Source: Burkholderiales bacterium
GTDB taxonomy: Bacteria; Pseudomonadota; Gammaproteobacteria; Burkholderiales; SG8-39
Reading direction: 5' to 3'
DNA: 64,000 nucleotides
Assembly: GCA_014860395.1 (NCBI GenBank)
Contig: JACZJU010000071.1
Span: 25,248-89,247 of the forward strand
Shown: one piece after another, positions 10,104-19,853 of the stretch
Numbering within the stretch: position 1 is the stretch's first letter
Layout of the letters: each line of letters begins with the position of its first letter
Program-made: the position numbers and the translations under genes
The notes under the pieces: generated by a model
The model's input: the letters and a program-made list of their open reading frames with translations, nothing else
The model's database searches: none
What the model was told of the DNA's origin: nothing

Positions 10104-10287
10104 TCAGAGGTCGCCGACGAAAGGCCCAATGCCATCAAGGGGAGTGAATTCAACAGCACCCCCTGAGTATCTCTGGGGCCTGCGCCCGAAGTCAATCGCG
10201 GGATTCGCGCGCAGAGCCTCCTGAAAAGTGCCCGCAAGCCCCCACCCCGTCGCGCGTAGACCTCTCGGCACGCAGCTACCGGATCGA

Positions 10288-11379
10288 TCAAACGTTGAAG
10301 CGAAAATGCATGACATCGCCGTCGCGCACCACGTATTCCTTGCCCTCCAGACGCATCTTCCCAGCTTCCTTGGCGCCTTGTTCGCCCTTGCAGGCGATGA
10401 AATCGGCAAACGAAATCACCTCGGCGCGGATGAAGCCGTGTTCGAAATCCGTATGGATCACGCCGGCGGCCTGTGGCGCCGTCGCGCCGACCTGCACCGT
10501 CCAGGCGCGCACCTCCTTCGGGCCAACGGTGAAATAGGTCTGCAGACCGAGCAGCGTATAGCCGGCGCGGATCAGGCGATCCAGGCCCGGCTCTTCCAGG
10601 CCCATGTCGGCGAGAAAAATCTGCTTCTCCTCGTCCTCCAGGTCCGCCATTTGCGCCTCGATGGCGGCGCAGATGGCGACCACCGGCGCACCCTCCGCCT
10701 TGGCGTATTCTTCCACCTGCGCGAGCAGGGGATTGTTGCTAAAGCCGTTTTCGTCGACGTTGGCGACGTACATGGCCGGCTTGGCCGTCATCAGGCACAG
10801 CGGCTCCAGTATCTGCTGCTCCTCGCGCGCCAATGCCAAGCTGCGCGCCGGCCTCGCCTGATTCAACACCGGCAGCACTTTTTCCAGCACTGCCATGATG
10901 CGCTGCGCTTCCTTGTCACCCGATTTCGCCACCTTGGAGTAGCGCGCCATGGTCTTTTCCACGGTGGCCAAATCGGCCAGCGCCAGTTCGGTGTTGATGG
11001 TCTCGATATCGCCTACCGGATCGATCTTGCCGGCGACGTGCACCACATTGTCATCGACGAAACAGCGCACCACATGCGCGATGGCATCGGTCTCGCGGAT
11101 ATTCGCGAGAAACTTGTTTCCCAGGCCTTCGCCCTTCGACGCGCCGGCAACCAAGCCGGCGATGTCGACGAACTCGACCACCGCAGGAATAGTCTTTTGC
11201 GGCTTGGCGATAGACTCCAGTTGCGCCAGCCGCGCATCAGGCACCTCGACGATTCCGACGTTGGGCTCGATGGTGCAGAAAGGGTAGTTTTCGGCCGCGA
11301 TGGCGGCCTTGGTAAGCGCATTGAACAACGTTGACTTGCCGACGTTGGGCAGGCCGACGATTCCGCATTTCAGGGACAT
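10288..11379 (-). CDS. ychF: Redox-regulated ribosome-binding ATPase YchF
   Basis: 363 aa; [18 protein letters not shown]. Confidence 0.95.
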   Translation of the reverse strand: MSLKCGIVGLPNVGKSTLFNALTKAAIAAENYPFCTIEPNVGIVEVPDARLAQLESIAKPQKTIPAVVEFVDIAGLVAGASKGEGLGNKFLANIRETDAIAHVVRCFVDDNVVHVAGKIDPVGDIETINTELALADLATVEKTMARYSKVAKSGDKEAQRIMAVLEKVLPVLNQARPARSLALAREEQQILEPLCLMTAKPAMYVANVDENGFSNNPLLAQVEEYAKAEGAPVVAICAAIEAQMADLEDEEKQIFLADMGLEEPGLDRLIRAGYTLLGLQTYFTVGPKEVRAWTVQVGATAPQAAGVIHTDFEHGFIRAEVISFADFIACKGEQGAKEAGKMRLEGKEYVVRDGDVMHFRFNV

Positions 11380-11398
11380 GTATGAAACCCTAATCTAA

Positions 11399-11440
11399 TT
11401 TGGGGGATATACAAGCGGGCATAGCCCCCTTGTTTAATTC
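11399..11440 (+). repeat. G5-hairpin intergenic repeat (REP-like, terminator-shaped)
   Basis: TTTGGGGGATATACAAGCGGGCATAGCCCCCTTGTTTAATTC, immediately after the pth stop. Confidence 0.7.
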
Positions 11441-12062
11441 ACGCGACCTGTGTCGGACTGCCAGATGCCGGTGGTCTAGGTTTCGTGTGCAGCTTGTGCA
11501 TGGCCGCCGCCATATTGTCCGCAAGTATCAACTCGAATACCGCGATGCCGCGCTCTATCACCGCGTCAATCAAAGCCCGTTCTTCCTTGTGCGGCGGATG
11601 GAGCACGAAATCGGCCACCTCCTGTTCGCTCGCGGACGCGTCACGCGGATGGCCGATGCCGATACGCAGGCGCCAGAAACCCGGCGTACCCAGTTTCTCG
11701 ATAATGTCCCTAAGGCCATTGTGGCCCGCATGGCCGCCGCCCTGTTTGATTTTCACGCCTCCAGGCGGCAGATCCAGTTCGTCGTGCACCACCAGAATTT
11801 CGTCGGCCGCAATCTTATGAAAATGCGCCAGCGCGCCCACTGACGTGCCCGATTCGTTCATCCAGGTTTGCGGCAGCAGCAGCCACGCGTTCCCGGCCAC
11901 GGTGTCCAGCCTCGCCATCAAAGCCTGAAACTTGGGTTCCTTTCTAAGCGTGAGTCGCCGCTGCGCGGCGAGCTGCTCGACCAGCCAGAAACCCGCATTG
12001 TGACGCGTGCTCTCGTACTTCTTGCCCGGGTTGCCCAGGCCGACTATGAGTTTGATCGGCAT
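11439..12062 (-). CDS. pth: Peptidyl-tRNA hydrolase
   Basis: 207 aa; IVGLGNPGKKYESTRHNAGF. Confidence 0.95.
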   Translation of the reverse strand: MPIKLIVGLGNPGKKYESTRHNAGFWLVEQLAAQRRLTLRKEPKFQALMARLDTVAGNAWLLLPQTWMNESGTSVGALAHFHKIAADEILVVHDELDLPPGGVKIKQGGGHAGHNGLRDIIEKLGTPGFWRLRIGIGHPRDASASEQEVADFVLHPPHKEERALIDAVIERGIAVFELILADNMAAAMHKLHTKPRPPASGSPTQVA

Positions 12063-12076
12063 CTTGGCGCAGCTCT

Positions 12077-12110
12077 AAAAAAACAGGCAGAGGCGCCTGC
12101 CTCTGCCTGT
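12077..12110 (-). terminator. Rho-independent terminator downstream of rplY
   Basis: ACAGGCAGAGG-CGCCTG-CCTCTGCCTGT: an 11-bp stem followed on the minus strand by T7. Confidence 0.8.
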
Positions 12111-12133
12111 ATCGAAAGCGGGAAAGCAGACTA

Positions 12134-12862
12134 CTACTTCTTGTCCGATTTCTCTGACTTCTTCTCGCCCTTTTCCCCGCCCTTTTCTCCGCCCTTTTCC
12201 GCAGCTGCGGGTTCGGCCTGTTTGCTGGTCGGAACTTCTGCTGCCGACACCGCGGCTTCGGCTGCAGCAGCGTCGGCTGCCTCGTCGGCCACCATCGCGC
12301 GCGGGATCTGCACCACGGCCACAGGCGGGTTCTCGCTGCCGTGCAGGATCGCTTCCACACCCTTGGGCAACTGCAGGTCTTTGACGTGCACGATATTGCC
12401 GATCGCCAAATCCTTCAGGTCCACCTCGATGAACTCGGGCAGGTCCGCCGGCAGACAGCGGATCGCGAGTTCGCTCATCACGTGGCTGACGATGCCGCCG
12501 GAGAGCTTCACACCCGGCGAGATCTCGGCATTGACAAAGTGCAGCGGCACCTTCATTTGGATATTCACGTCCGTCTGGACGCGCTGGAAATCGACGTGCT
12601 GGACTTCGGGCCGGAACGGGTGCATGTTGACCGCGCGCAACAGTACTTGCTCCTTTGTGCCCTCCAGATTGAGCATCAGGACAGAAGCGTGAAACGCCTC
12701 CTGGCGCAGCTGATGATACAGCGCGTTGTGATCGAGCTCGATGACGACCGCAGGCTCCTTACCCCCGTAGACTACGCCGGGGGTTTTGCCTTCGCGGCGC
12801 AGGCGGCGGCTCGCTCCGGTGCCCTGCTTGGTGCGCTTTTGCGCGTTGACTTCGATTTGCAT
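12134..12862 (-). CDS. rplY: 50S ribosomal protein L25 / general stress protein Ctc
   Basis: 242 aa; [34 protein letters not shown]; Ala/Lys/Glu-rich C-terminal tail. Confidence 0.9.
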   Translation of the reverse strand: MQIEVNAQKRTKQGTGASRRLRREGKTPGVVYGGKEPAVVIELDHNALYHQLRQEAFHASVLMLNLEGTKEQVLLRAVNMHPFRPEVQHVDFQRVQTDVNIQMKVPLHFVNAEISPGVKLSGGIVSHVMSELAIRCLPADLPEFIEVDLKDLAIGNIVHVKDLQLPKGVEAILHGSENPPVAVVQIPRAMVADEAADAAAAEAAVSAAEVPTSKQAEPAAAEKGGEKGGEKGEKKSEKSDKK

Positions 12863-12920
12863 GTTGCACTCCTGGTTATGGCGGCCCCGCGACCAGGTAC
12901 CGCCGTTTGAAAATGCTATT

Positions 12921-13871
12921 TCATTCGCTGAACAAGGAACTCACCGAGTCCTCGTTGCTGATGCGCAGTATCGTTTCGGCGAGCAGGTCGACCACAGACA
13001 GAACACGTATCTTGCTGCAGTTTCTCGCGTCCTCGCGCAGCGGAATCGAGTCGGTAACGACCACTTCGTCCAAGGCCGAATTGGCGATGCGCTCGACCGC
13101 CCCGCCAGAGAGCACCGGGTGGGTGCAGTAGGCGAGCACCTTGACCGCGCCCTCATTCTTGAGCGCCTGCGCCGCCTTGGCCAGGGTGCCGGCCGTGTCC
13201 ACCATGTCGTCCATGATGACGCAGGTGCGGCCCTGGACGTCGCCGATGATGTTCATCACCTCGGCATCGTTCGCCCTGGGGCGGCGCTTGTCGATAATGG
13301 CGAGGTCCGATTCCAGGCGCTTGGCCAGTGCGCGCGCGCGCACCACGCCGCCGACGTCGGGGGAAACCACCAGCAGATCCTCGTAGCCGTGCTTCCACAG
13401 ATCGCCCAAGAGGATGGGCGCAGCATAGATGTTGTCCACCGGCACATCGAAGAAGCCCTGGATCTGGTCCGCGTGCAGGTCCATGGTCAGCACCCGGTCC
13501 ACGCCCGCGGCTTCCAGCATGTTGGCAACCACTTTAGCGCTGATCGACACGCGCGCCGAGCGCGGCCGTCGGTCCTGGCGCGCGTAGCCGAAATAGGGCA
13601 GCGCGGCGGTAACGCGGGCGGCCGATGCACGCTTGAGCGCATCGATCAAGATCAGCACTTCCATCAGGTTGTCGTTGGTCGGCATGCAGGTCGATTGCAG
13701 CACGAAGCAGTCCCGGCCGCGCACGTTTTCCATCAGCTCGATCATTACCTCGCCATCGGAGAAGCGGCCGACCGTGGCGCTGCCCAAGGGGATGTTGAGC
13801 CGCTTCGCCACCGCAGCAGCCAATTGCGGATTGGCGCTGCCGGCAAATATCATCAGGTGATCGTAAGCCAT
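12921..13871 (-). CDS. prs: Ribose-phosphate pyrophosphokinase
   Basis: 316 aa; [11 protein letters not shown] and PRPP-binding DDMVDTAGT motifs. Confidence 0.95.
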   Translation of the reverse strand: MAYDHLMIFAGSANPQLAAAVAKRLNIPLGSATVGRFSDGEVMIELMENVRGRDCFVLQSTCMPTNDNLMEVLILIDALKRASAARVTAALPYFGYARQDRRPRSARVSISAKVVANMLEAAGVDRVLTMDLHADQIQGFFDVPVDNIYAAPILLGDLWKHGYEDLLVVSPDVGGVVRARALAKRLESDLAIIDKRRPRANDAEVMNIIGDVQGRTCVIMDDMVDTAGTLAKAAQALKNEGAVKVLAYCTHPVLSGGAVERIANSALDEVVVTDSIPLREDARNCSKIRVLSVVDLLAETILRISNEDSVSSLFSE

Positions 13872-13878
13872 CTAGATA

Positions 13879-13896
13879 CTAGAAACTGGTTTCCAG
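13879..13896. other. Imperfect 18-bp palindrome CTAGAAACTGGTTTCCAG
   Basis: Two mismatches relative to the perfect copy at 13985-14002. Lies 8 nt upstream of the prs start codon. Confidence 0.6.
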
Positions 13897-13984
13897 AGAC
13901 TAGAAACCGGAATCAGGTGCTCCCCTTTGTAACCTGCCATAACCAGCCGTACTAGCGGCCCATGCAATTTCTAGTCTCCAGTAT

Positions 13985-14002
13985 CTAGAAACTAGTTTCT
14001 AG
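13985..14002. other. Perfect 18-bp palindrome CTAGAAACTAGTTTCTAG
   Basis: Self-complementary over all 18 nt. Abuts the 3' end of tRNA-Gln with a 1-nt gap. Confidence 0.7.
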
Positions 14003-14003
14003 C

Positions 14004-14078
14004 TGGCTGGGGAGGTAGGGATCGAACCTACGAATGCCGGAATCAAAATCCGGTGCCTTACCACTTGGCGACTCCCCA
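14004..14078 (-). tRNA. tRNA-Gln (anticodon UUG)
   Basis: Minus strand: TGGGGAGTCGCCAAGTGGTAAGGCACCGGATTTTGATTCCGGCATTCGTAGGTTCGATCCCTACCTCCCCAGCCA. Acceptor pairs TGGGGAG/CTCCCCA, anticodon loop is TTTTGAT, T-loop is GGTTCGATCC, CCA is encoded. Confidence 0.93.
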
Positions 14079-14089
14079 AAACTCTAACA

Positions 14090-14210
14090 GGCTGTTGAAA
14101 AGCTATCGAAACAGCCGAAAAATGACTCGATTACGAAAACGCTCCCATCTCAACAATCAACAGCCTCTTGCTTGGGGGATATAAAAGGGGGCGTGCCCCC
14201 TTTTTCAATA
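14090..14210 (+). repeat. Composite intergenic repeat: GCTGTTGAA-footed hairpin region plus G5-hairpin module
   Basis: GGCTGTT-GAAAAGCTATCGA-AACAGCC (14090-14116) ... CAACAGCC, then CTTGGGGGATATAAAAGGGGGCGTGCCCCCTTTTTCAATA (14171-14210). Same architecture as 29537-29661. Confidence 0.75.
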
Positions 14211-14215
14211 CCCCG

Positions 14216-15085
14216 CTACTCGCTCAACGCATACAGCGGATGGCGGTCCAAGCCACGCGTTACAAACCCGCACATTGCCGGCGGCACCTGCGCGTGGGCC
14301 GCGTGCGCCGCAGATTCTGTGGGAAATTCGGCAAACACGCAGGCGCCGGAACCGCTCATGCGCGCCTCGCCGAACTGCCTCAACCAGGCCAGATGGCGCG
14401 CCACTTCAGGATAGCGACTGCACACCACGGGCTCGAGGTCATTACGCAGGGCGCGTCGTTTCAGCCCGTCGAAAAAGGCGGTAATTTTGATCGGTTTTGC
14501 CTCCCGTGTCAATTCTGGGGCGGCAAATGCGGCGGCTGTCGGCACCTGCACCGGCGGTACCAGCACCAGATACCAGGCCGGCGGCAACAGCAGCGGCGTC
14601 AATTCTTCGCCAACGCCTTCGGCAAACGCATTTTCGCCAAACACGAACACCGGCACATCGGCACCCAATTGCAGCGCCAGTCGCTGCAACTCCTTGCGGC
14701 TGAGTCCAAGCTGCCAGAGGTGATTAAGCGCGATCAGGGTGGTGGCTGCGTCCGAACTGCCGCCGCCCAGCCCCCCGCCCATGGGGATGCGCTTATCCAA
14801 CTCGATTTCGACCCCGCCCTGATGCCCCGTCGCGTCCTTGAGCAGGGTCGCGGCGCGCAAGCACAGGTTCTGTGCAGGCGGCACGCCGGCCAGCGGCGGC
14901 TGCAATGCAACGCTGCCGTCTTCGCGCTGCTTGAAACGCAGCGCATCGGCCAGATCGATCAGCCGGAACGCAGTTTGCAGACTGTGATAGCCGTCGTCAC
15001 GTCGTCCGGTGACATGCAGAAACAGGTTGAGCTTTGCCGGCGCCAGCCAGGTTTGCTGCCAAACGCTCACGGTTCGGCCCGCCAT
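14216..15085 (-). CDS. ispE: 4-diphosphocytidyl-2-C-methyl-D-erythritol kinase
   Basis: Start set at ATG 15085 (MAGRTVSVWQQTWLAPAKLNLFLHVTGRRDDGYH). GHMP kinase motif IPMGGGLGGGSSDAA. The longer track ORF overlaps lolB out of frame. Confidence 0.9.
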   Translation of the reverse strand: MAGRTVSVWQQTWLAPAKLNLFLHVTGRRDDGYHSLQTAFRLIDLADALRFKQREDGSVALQPPLAGVPPAQNLCLRAATLLKDATGHQGGVEIELDKRIPMGGGLGGGSSDAATTLIALNHLWQLGLSRKELQRLALQLGADVPVFVFGENAFAEGVGEELTPLLLPPAWYLVLVPPVQVPTAAAFAAPELTREAKPIKITAFFDGLKRRALRNDLEPVVCSRYPEVARHLAWLRQFGEARMSGSGACVFAEFPTESAAHAAHAQVPPAMCGFVTRGLDRHPLYALSE

Positions 15086-15615
15086 TGGTCGATCACCAGT
15101 CGGATCTCCACGTCTTCTCGCGACAGGCGCAGCCGCTCTGGCAACCCGTTTGTGCCGTAATCGAGGAACTCCACCAGCCAGCCGGATTGCCTCAAGTTTG
15201 CGAGACGCTGCAAGCTGTCCCGCTGCATTTGCGCCGGCGCGTCCGCCGCCGCACGACCGCGCACCCAATCGGGCAGACCCGCCAGCGGCAGGCGCCAACC
15301 CAGCACCTGTCCGGTCAATGTCTCTACGTCGCGCGCCTGATACACCTTTTGATCCGAGGTGGTAAGACTTACCAGCCCGTCGTTCCGGACGATGCGAGCC
15401 ACGCCTTGCCCGAACGGATTCGAAATGAGCAAATCGTCGCTGGCCGGGTCATGCCGCCAGCTGATTCTGCCGCTCGCCGCCTCCGCGCCATATTTGACCG
15501 ACACCCGCCCCGTGAGATGGAAAGACTCGCCGATCGGTCCCGAAGGCGCCGGCTGCTGTTCAATCGCGGCGCAGCCGGCAAACAGCATGTAAACCCACAA
15601 AAGCGCGGATCGCAT
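15067..15615 (-). CDS. lolB: Outer membrane lipoprotein insertase LolB
   Basis: Start set at the internal ATG at 15615: MRSALLWVYMLFAGC, with lipobox LFAGC. Conserved position upstream of ispE. Confidence 0.8.
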   Translation of the reverse strand: MRSALLWVYMLFAGCAAIEQQPAPSGPIGESFHLTGRVSVKYGAEAASGRISWRHDPASDDLLISNPFGQGVARIVRNDGLVSLTTSDQKVYQARDVETLTGQVLGWRLPLAGLPDWVRGRAAADAPAQMQRDSLQRLANLRQSGWLVEFLDYGTNGLPERLRLSREDVEIRLVIDQWRAEP

Positions 15616-15706
15616 AGCGAGGACTTCGAACCGCGGTTTAGTCGCCTGTAAACGCCGCATGTTGAGGGTATTGGGCATGATGTCGAACCATTGCGACATC
15701 GCATTC

Positions 15707-15748
15707 GCGGGGGGATATACAAGGGGGGATGCATCCCCCCTTGTTCGT
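15707..15748 (+). repeat. G5-hairpin intergenic repeat with perfect 22-bp palindrome core
   Basis: GCGGGGGGATATAC-AAGGGGGGATGCATCCCCCCTT-GTTCG; the core at 15721-15742 is a perfect palindrome. Confidence 0.7.
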
Positions 15749-15803
15749 GGGATAAGGGTTTTCCCCCGCCGGAGGCACCTTATATGCTTTGAATCCGTCT
15801 TAT

Positions 15804-17591
15804 CTAACGTTCGAAGCGCTTGATAGTGCTGTTGAGGGCATCGTTGTCCGGCGTCTTCTTGCTCGCCTCCAGCCAGATCTTCTCGGCTTCACCGTGCTCT
15901 CCTGCGACCCACAACACTTCGCCCAGGTGCGCCGCGATCTCCGGGTCGGGACGCACTGAGTACGCCTTTCGCAGGAATTCCAACGCCTGCCTACTCTTGC
16001 CCATCCGATACAGAACCCAGCCCATGCTGTCTATGATGAACGGGTCGTTGGGTGAAAGTTGCAGCGCCTTCTCTATCAGCCCCTGCGCCTCCGGCAGGCG
16101 CAGGTTGCGGTCGGCAAGTGAATAGCCGAGCGCGTTATAGGCGTGCGCATGATCCGGCTGCAGGCTGATCAGCTTTTTCAGGTTGCTCTCGAGAAGATCC
16201 ACACGATCGAGCTTCTCCGCCAGCATGGCGTGGTCGTAAAGCAACTCGGGTTGATCGGGCATGCTCTTAAGCGCGTTGCCGATCAGATCGAAAGCCTCAC
16301 GCAGCCGGTTGGCATCGCGCAGCATTTGCGCCTCGGCCAGCAACAGCCGCACGCGCTCCTGTTCGCTGCTGACCTCGACTTGCCGCAGGTGCGCGCGCGC
16401 GGCGTCCAGCTTGCCTTGCTTGTTGAGCACCAGTGCATAACGCACTTGCGCCTGCAAATACTGCTCGCCGCCCTCGACTTCCTCATACCAGCGCAGCGCC
16501 TCCGGATAGTCCTTCCGCTCCTCGGCGATTTGGCCCAGGTATAGCCGCACCGTGTCCTTGTCGCGGTAAGGCAGCGTCAGCAGGCGCTTGAAGTTTGCTT
16601 CCGCGAGCGCGTAGTCCTGCAGCTGCAGCGACAGCACGCCGACCGCAAAAACCACTTCGACGCTGTCGGGAAAATCCTTGGACAGCGTCTGGAACTCGGC
16701 GCGTGCCTCGGAATACTTGCGGTCGGCAACAAGCAGGCGCGCATAGCTCATACGCACCTCGCGCGCCTTGGGATAGCGTTCGAGGAAGGCGGCCAAACGC
16801 TGCTGCGCCAGCGCATTGGACTGCCGCTGCAGCAGCTGCGCCTCGAGCAATGCAGGCAGATCCCAGTCGGGTTTGAGCGTCGATGCCGCGCGCGCTTCGG
16901 TCAGGGCGAGCTCAGCCTGTCCGGCACCCGCCGCTGCCTGGGCGACGGCGAAATGCGCCTGTGCCGTGTCGGGGTAGGGCTGCGCCAGCTGCTGCACCAG
17001 CTTGAGCGTCATCGCCTTGTCCGGGCTATTGGCGAGCAGGCGCGACAGCGTCAGGAAACCATCAGCGCCATCATCGCCCTCGAGCAGCTTCTGCAAGTAG
17101 GGCAGCGCTTCGTCCTGCCGCTTGGCGCCGATCAACAGGCTCGCAAGCGTCTGCAACGCCTGCATCGAGGACGGTTCGGCTTCATACCATATCTTCGCCG
17201 CCTCTATCGCGGCGGCGGGCATGCGCGCGTACAAGGCGACCTCCGCTGCCCGCTTGGCGATGCGCGGATCGCGCGTTTGCTTTGCCAAATCCGCGTAGGC
17301 CTGTGCGGATAGGCCAACGGCGCCGCGCTGGCCTGCTATTTCGGCCAGCAGAAATTCGTACAACACCGCCTCGGTAAGGTCCTGTTTGGGCAGGTCCGGC
17401 TCGTCCGCGACCGCCGGTGCCACAGCCAACTTCGGCGCAGACTGTTTGGTTTGACCCGGAGTAGTCGCGGGCGCGGCTGCCGGCGCTGCCAACCACGTCG
17501 GCAGTTGCGCGCAGGCGGCAAGCCCTAGGCTCAATCCTGCGTACAGGATCCAGCCGAAAAACGAGTGGACGGAAAGGCGCTGAAAAGACAT
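15804..17591 (-). CDS. Tetratricopeptide (TPR) repeat protein, probable envelope lipoprotein
   Basis: 595 aa; signal/lipobox-like LSLGLAAC; many TPR-like repeats; conserved neighbour of lolB in this synteny. Confidence 0.7.
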   Translation of the reverse strand: MSFQRLSVHSFFGWILYAGLSLGLAACAQLPTWLAAPAAAPATTPGQTKQSAPKLAVAPAVADEPDLPKQDLTEAVLYEFLLAEIAGQRGAVGLSAQAYADLAKQTRDPRIAKRAAEVALYARMPAAAIEAAKIWYEAEPSSMQALQTLASLLIGAKRQDEALPYLQKLLEGDDGADGFLTLSRLLANSPDKAMTLKLVQQLAQPYPDTAQAHFAVAQAAAGAGQAELALTEARAASTLKPDWDLPALLEAQLLQRQSNALAQQRLAAFLERYPKAREVRMSYARLLVADRKYSEARAEFQTLSKDFPDSVEVVFAVGVLSLQLQDYALAEANFKRLLTLPYRDKDTVRLYLGQIAEERKDYPEALRWYEEVEGGEQYLQAQVRYALVLNKQGKLDAARAHLRQVEVSSEQERVRLLLAEAQMLRDANRLREAFDLIGNALKSMPDQPELLYDHAMLAEKLDRVDLLESNLKKLISLQPDHAHAYNALGYSLADRNLRLPEAQGLIEKALQLSPNDPFIIDSMGWVLYRMGKSRQALEFLRKAYSVRPDPEIAAHLGEVLWVAGEHGEAEKIWLEASKKTPDNDALNSTIKRFER

Positions 17592-17673
17592 TGTTGCGCG
17601 GATAGCTTAGCGTGGGGGGTACATATTAGGTATATTCGTCCGCCAGTACAAGAAAAACCGGTCTGCGCAAACC

Positions 17674-18498
17674 ATGCCTGAGCTACCCGAAGTCGAGATC
17701 ACGCGCCGCGGCATCGAGCCCTATCTGGCCGGCAAAATCATCACCGGCGTGCGCGTGCGCGAACGCCACCTGCGCTGGCCGATCCCGTCCAGTCTTGGAG
17801 CACGCATCACCGGACGGCGCATTGCAGGCGTCACGCGCCGCGGCAAATACATTCTCATCGACTGCGGCGCGAACGACCCCGCCGGCTGGCTGATCCTGCA
17901 CCTGGGCATGTCGGGAAGCCTGCGCATCATGGATGCCGGAACGAAAGCGCAACCACATGAACACTTCGACCTGCTGCTGGGCAAAAGGTTGCTGCGCCTG
18001 CGCGACCCACGCCGCTTTGGCGCGGTATTGTGGCAAAGTGGCGATGTCGCGCGCCACCCGCTGCTCGCGCACCTGGGCGTCGAGCCGCTGGACGACGCGT
18101 TCACCGGCCATGTTCTGCATGCGGCCACGCGCAAGCGCAAGGTAGCGGTCAAGCTGGTCCTGATGAACGCAAGCATCGTCGTCGGCGTCGGCAACATCTA
18201 TGCCAACGAAAGCCTGTTCCACGCCCGCATCAATCCGCGCGCCCAGGCAGGGCGCTTGTCGCTCGCGCGTTACGAGGTGCTCGCGGCTGCAATCAAGGCT
18301 ACGCTGAAACAGGCGCTGGAAGCGGGCGGCAGCAGCCTGCGCGACTTCGTCCACAGCGACGGGACCTCAGGCTACTTTCAGCAGCAATACTACGTATACG
18401 GGCGCGCCGGGCTGCCCTGCCGCGTCTGCGGCACAAGCATTCGCGCACTGCGCCAGGGCCAGCGCTCCACTTTCTATTGTCCGATATGCCAGAAGTAG
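17674..18498 (+). CDS. mutM: Formamidopyrimidine-DNA glycosylase
   Basis: 274 aa; MPELPEVE N-terminus and C-terminal zinc finger CRVCGTSI...YCPICQK. Confidence 0.95.
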   Translation: MPELPEVEITRRGIEPYLAGKIITGVRVRERHLRWPIPSSLGARITGRRIAGVTRRGKYILIDCGANDPAGWLILHLGMSGSLRIMDAGTKAQPHEHFDLLLGKRLLRLRDPRRFGAVLWQSGDVARHPLLAHLGVEPLDDAFTGHVLHAATRKRKVAVKLVLMNASIVVGVGNIYANESLFHARINPRAQAGRLSLARYEVLAAAIKATLKQALEAGGSSLRDFVHSDGTSGYFQQQYYVYGRAGLPCRVCGTSIRALRQGQRSTFYCPICQK

Positions 18499-18526
18499 CG
18501 CTAGTCGGGGGGCCGCGAAAGCGCTT

Positions 18527-19280
<754 letters not shown>

Positions 19281-19295
19281 ATTTAGTCGCCATCT

Positions 19296-19853
19296 CTAGT
19301 CGTCGCATGCCGCCAAAGTGTAGTGCACCTGTCCGGCGCGACCTTGCCTGAGAACCCGCCAGCCATCCGAGGTTGCGAATTCCTTGGCGCTCTCGAGGTA
19401 GACCCGCGCCCCCGGCCGCAGCAGCGGCACAACCCGTGGCAGCGCCTGCGCCAGCAAAGTTGAACCAAACGGCGGGTCGAGAAATACCACGTCGTAGCGC
19501 GCCGCCGCATCTGCTGCCGCGGCAGTGGCGAATTCTAGCGCATCCGCGCAGTGCACTTGCAGGTTTTTCGCCGCAAGCAAGCCCGCATTGCGGCGCAGTG
19601 CTTCGCACACGCGGCGGCTCTTATCCACCATCACCACGAAAGACGCACCGCGCGACAGCGCCTCGAAGCCCAGTGCACCGCTGCCGGCGAACAGATCCAG
19701 GCAGCGCGCGCCGCCGAGGTTCTGTCCCAGCCAGTTGAACAGGGTCTCGCGCACGCGGTCGGCGCTGGGGCGCAAGCCCTCGTGATCGGGAAACGTGAGA
19801 CGGCGGCTGCGCCATTCGCCGCCGATGATGCGGACCTGGTTAGTTTTCGCCAC
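19296..19853 (-). CDS. rsmD: 16S rRNA (guanine966-N2)-methyltransferase RsmD
   Basis: 185 aa; LDLFAGSGALGFEALSRGA SAM-binding motif and DPPF motif. Confidence 0.9.
   Translation of the reverse strand: MAKTNQVRIIGGEWRSRRLTFPDHEGLRPSADRVRETLFNWLGQNLGGARCLDLFAGSGALGFEALSRGASFVVMVDKSRRVCEALRRNAGLLAAKNLQVHCADALEFATAAAADAAARYDVVFLDPPFGSTLLAQALPRVVPLLRPGARVYLESAKEFATSDGWRVLRQGRAGQVHYTLAACDD

Noticed and set aside
10104-10287. Possible fluoride riboswitch upstream of the ClC gene
   Set aside because: A GATGGCATT stretch is present. The paired downstream blocks of the crcB motif (GCTGATGA...CCTAC-type segment complementary to it) are absent. The channel also has standard chloride-type filter motifs.
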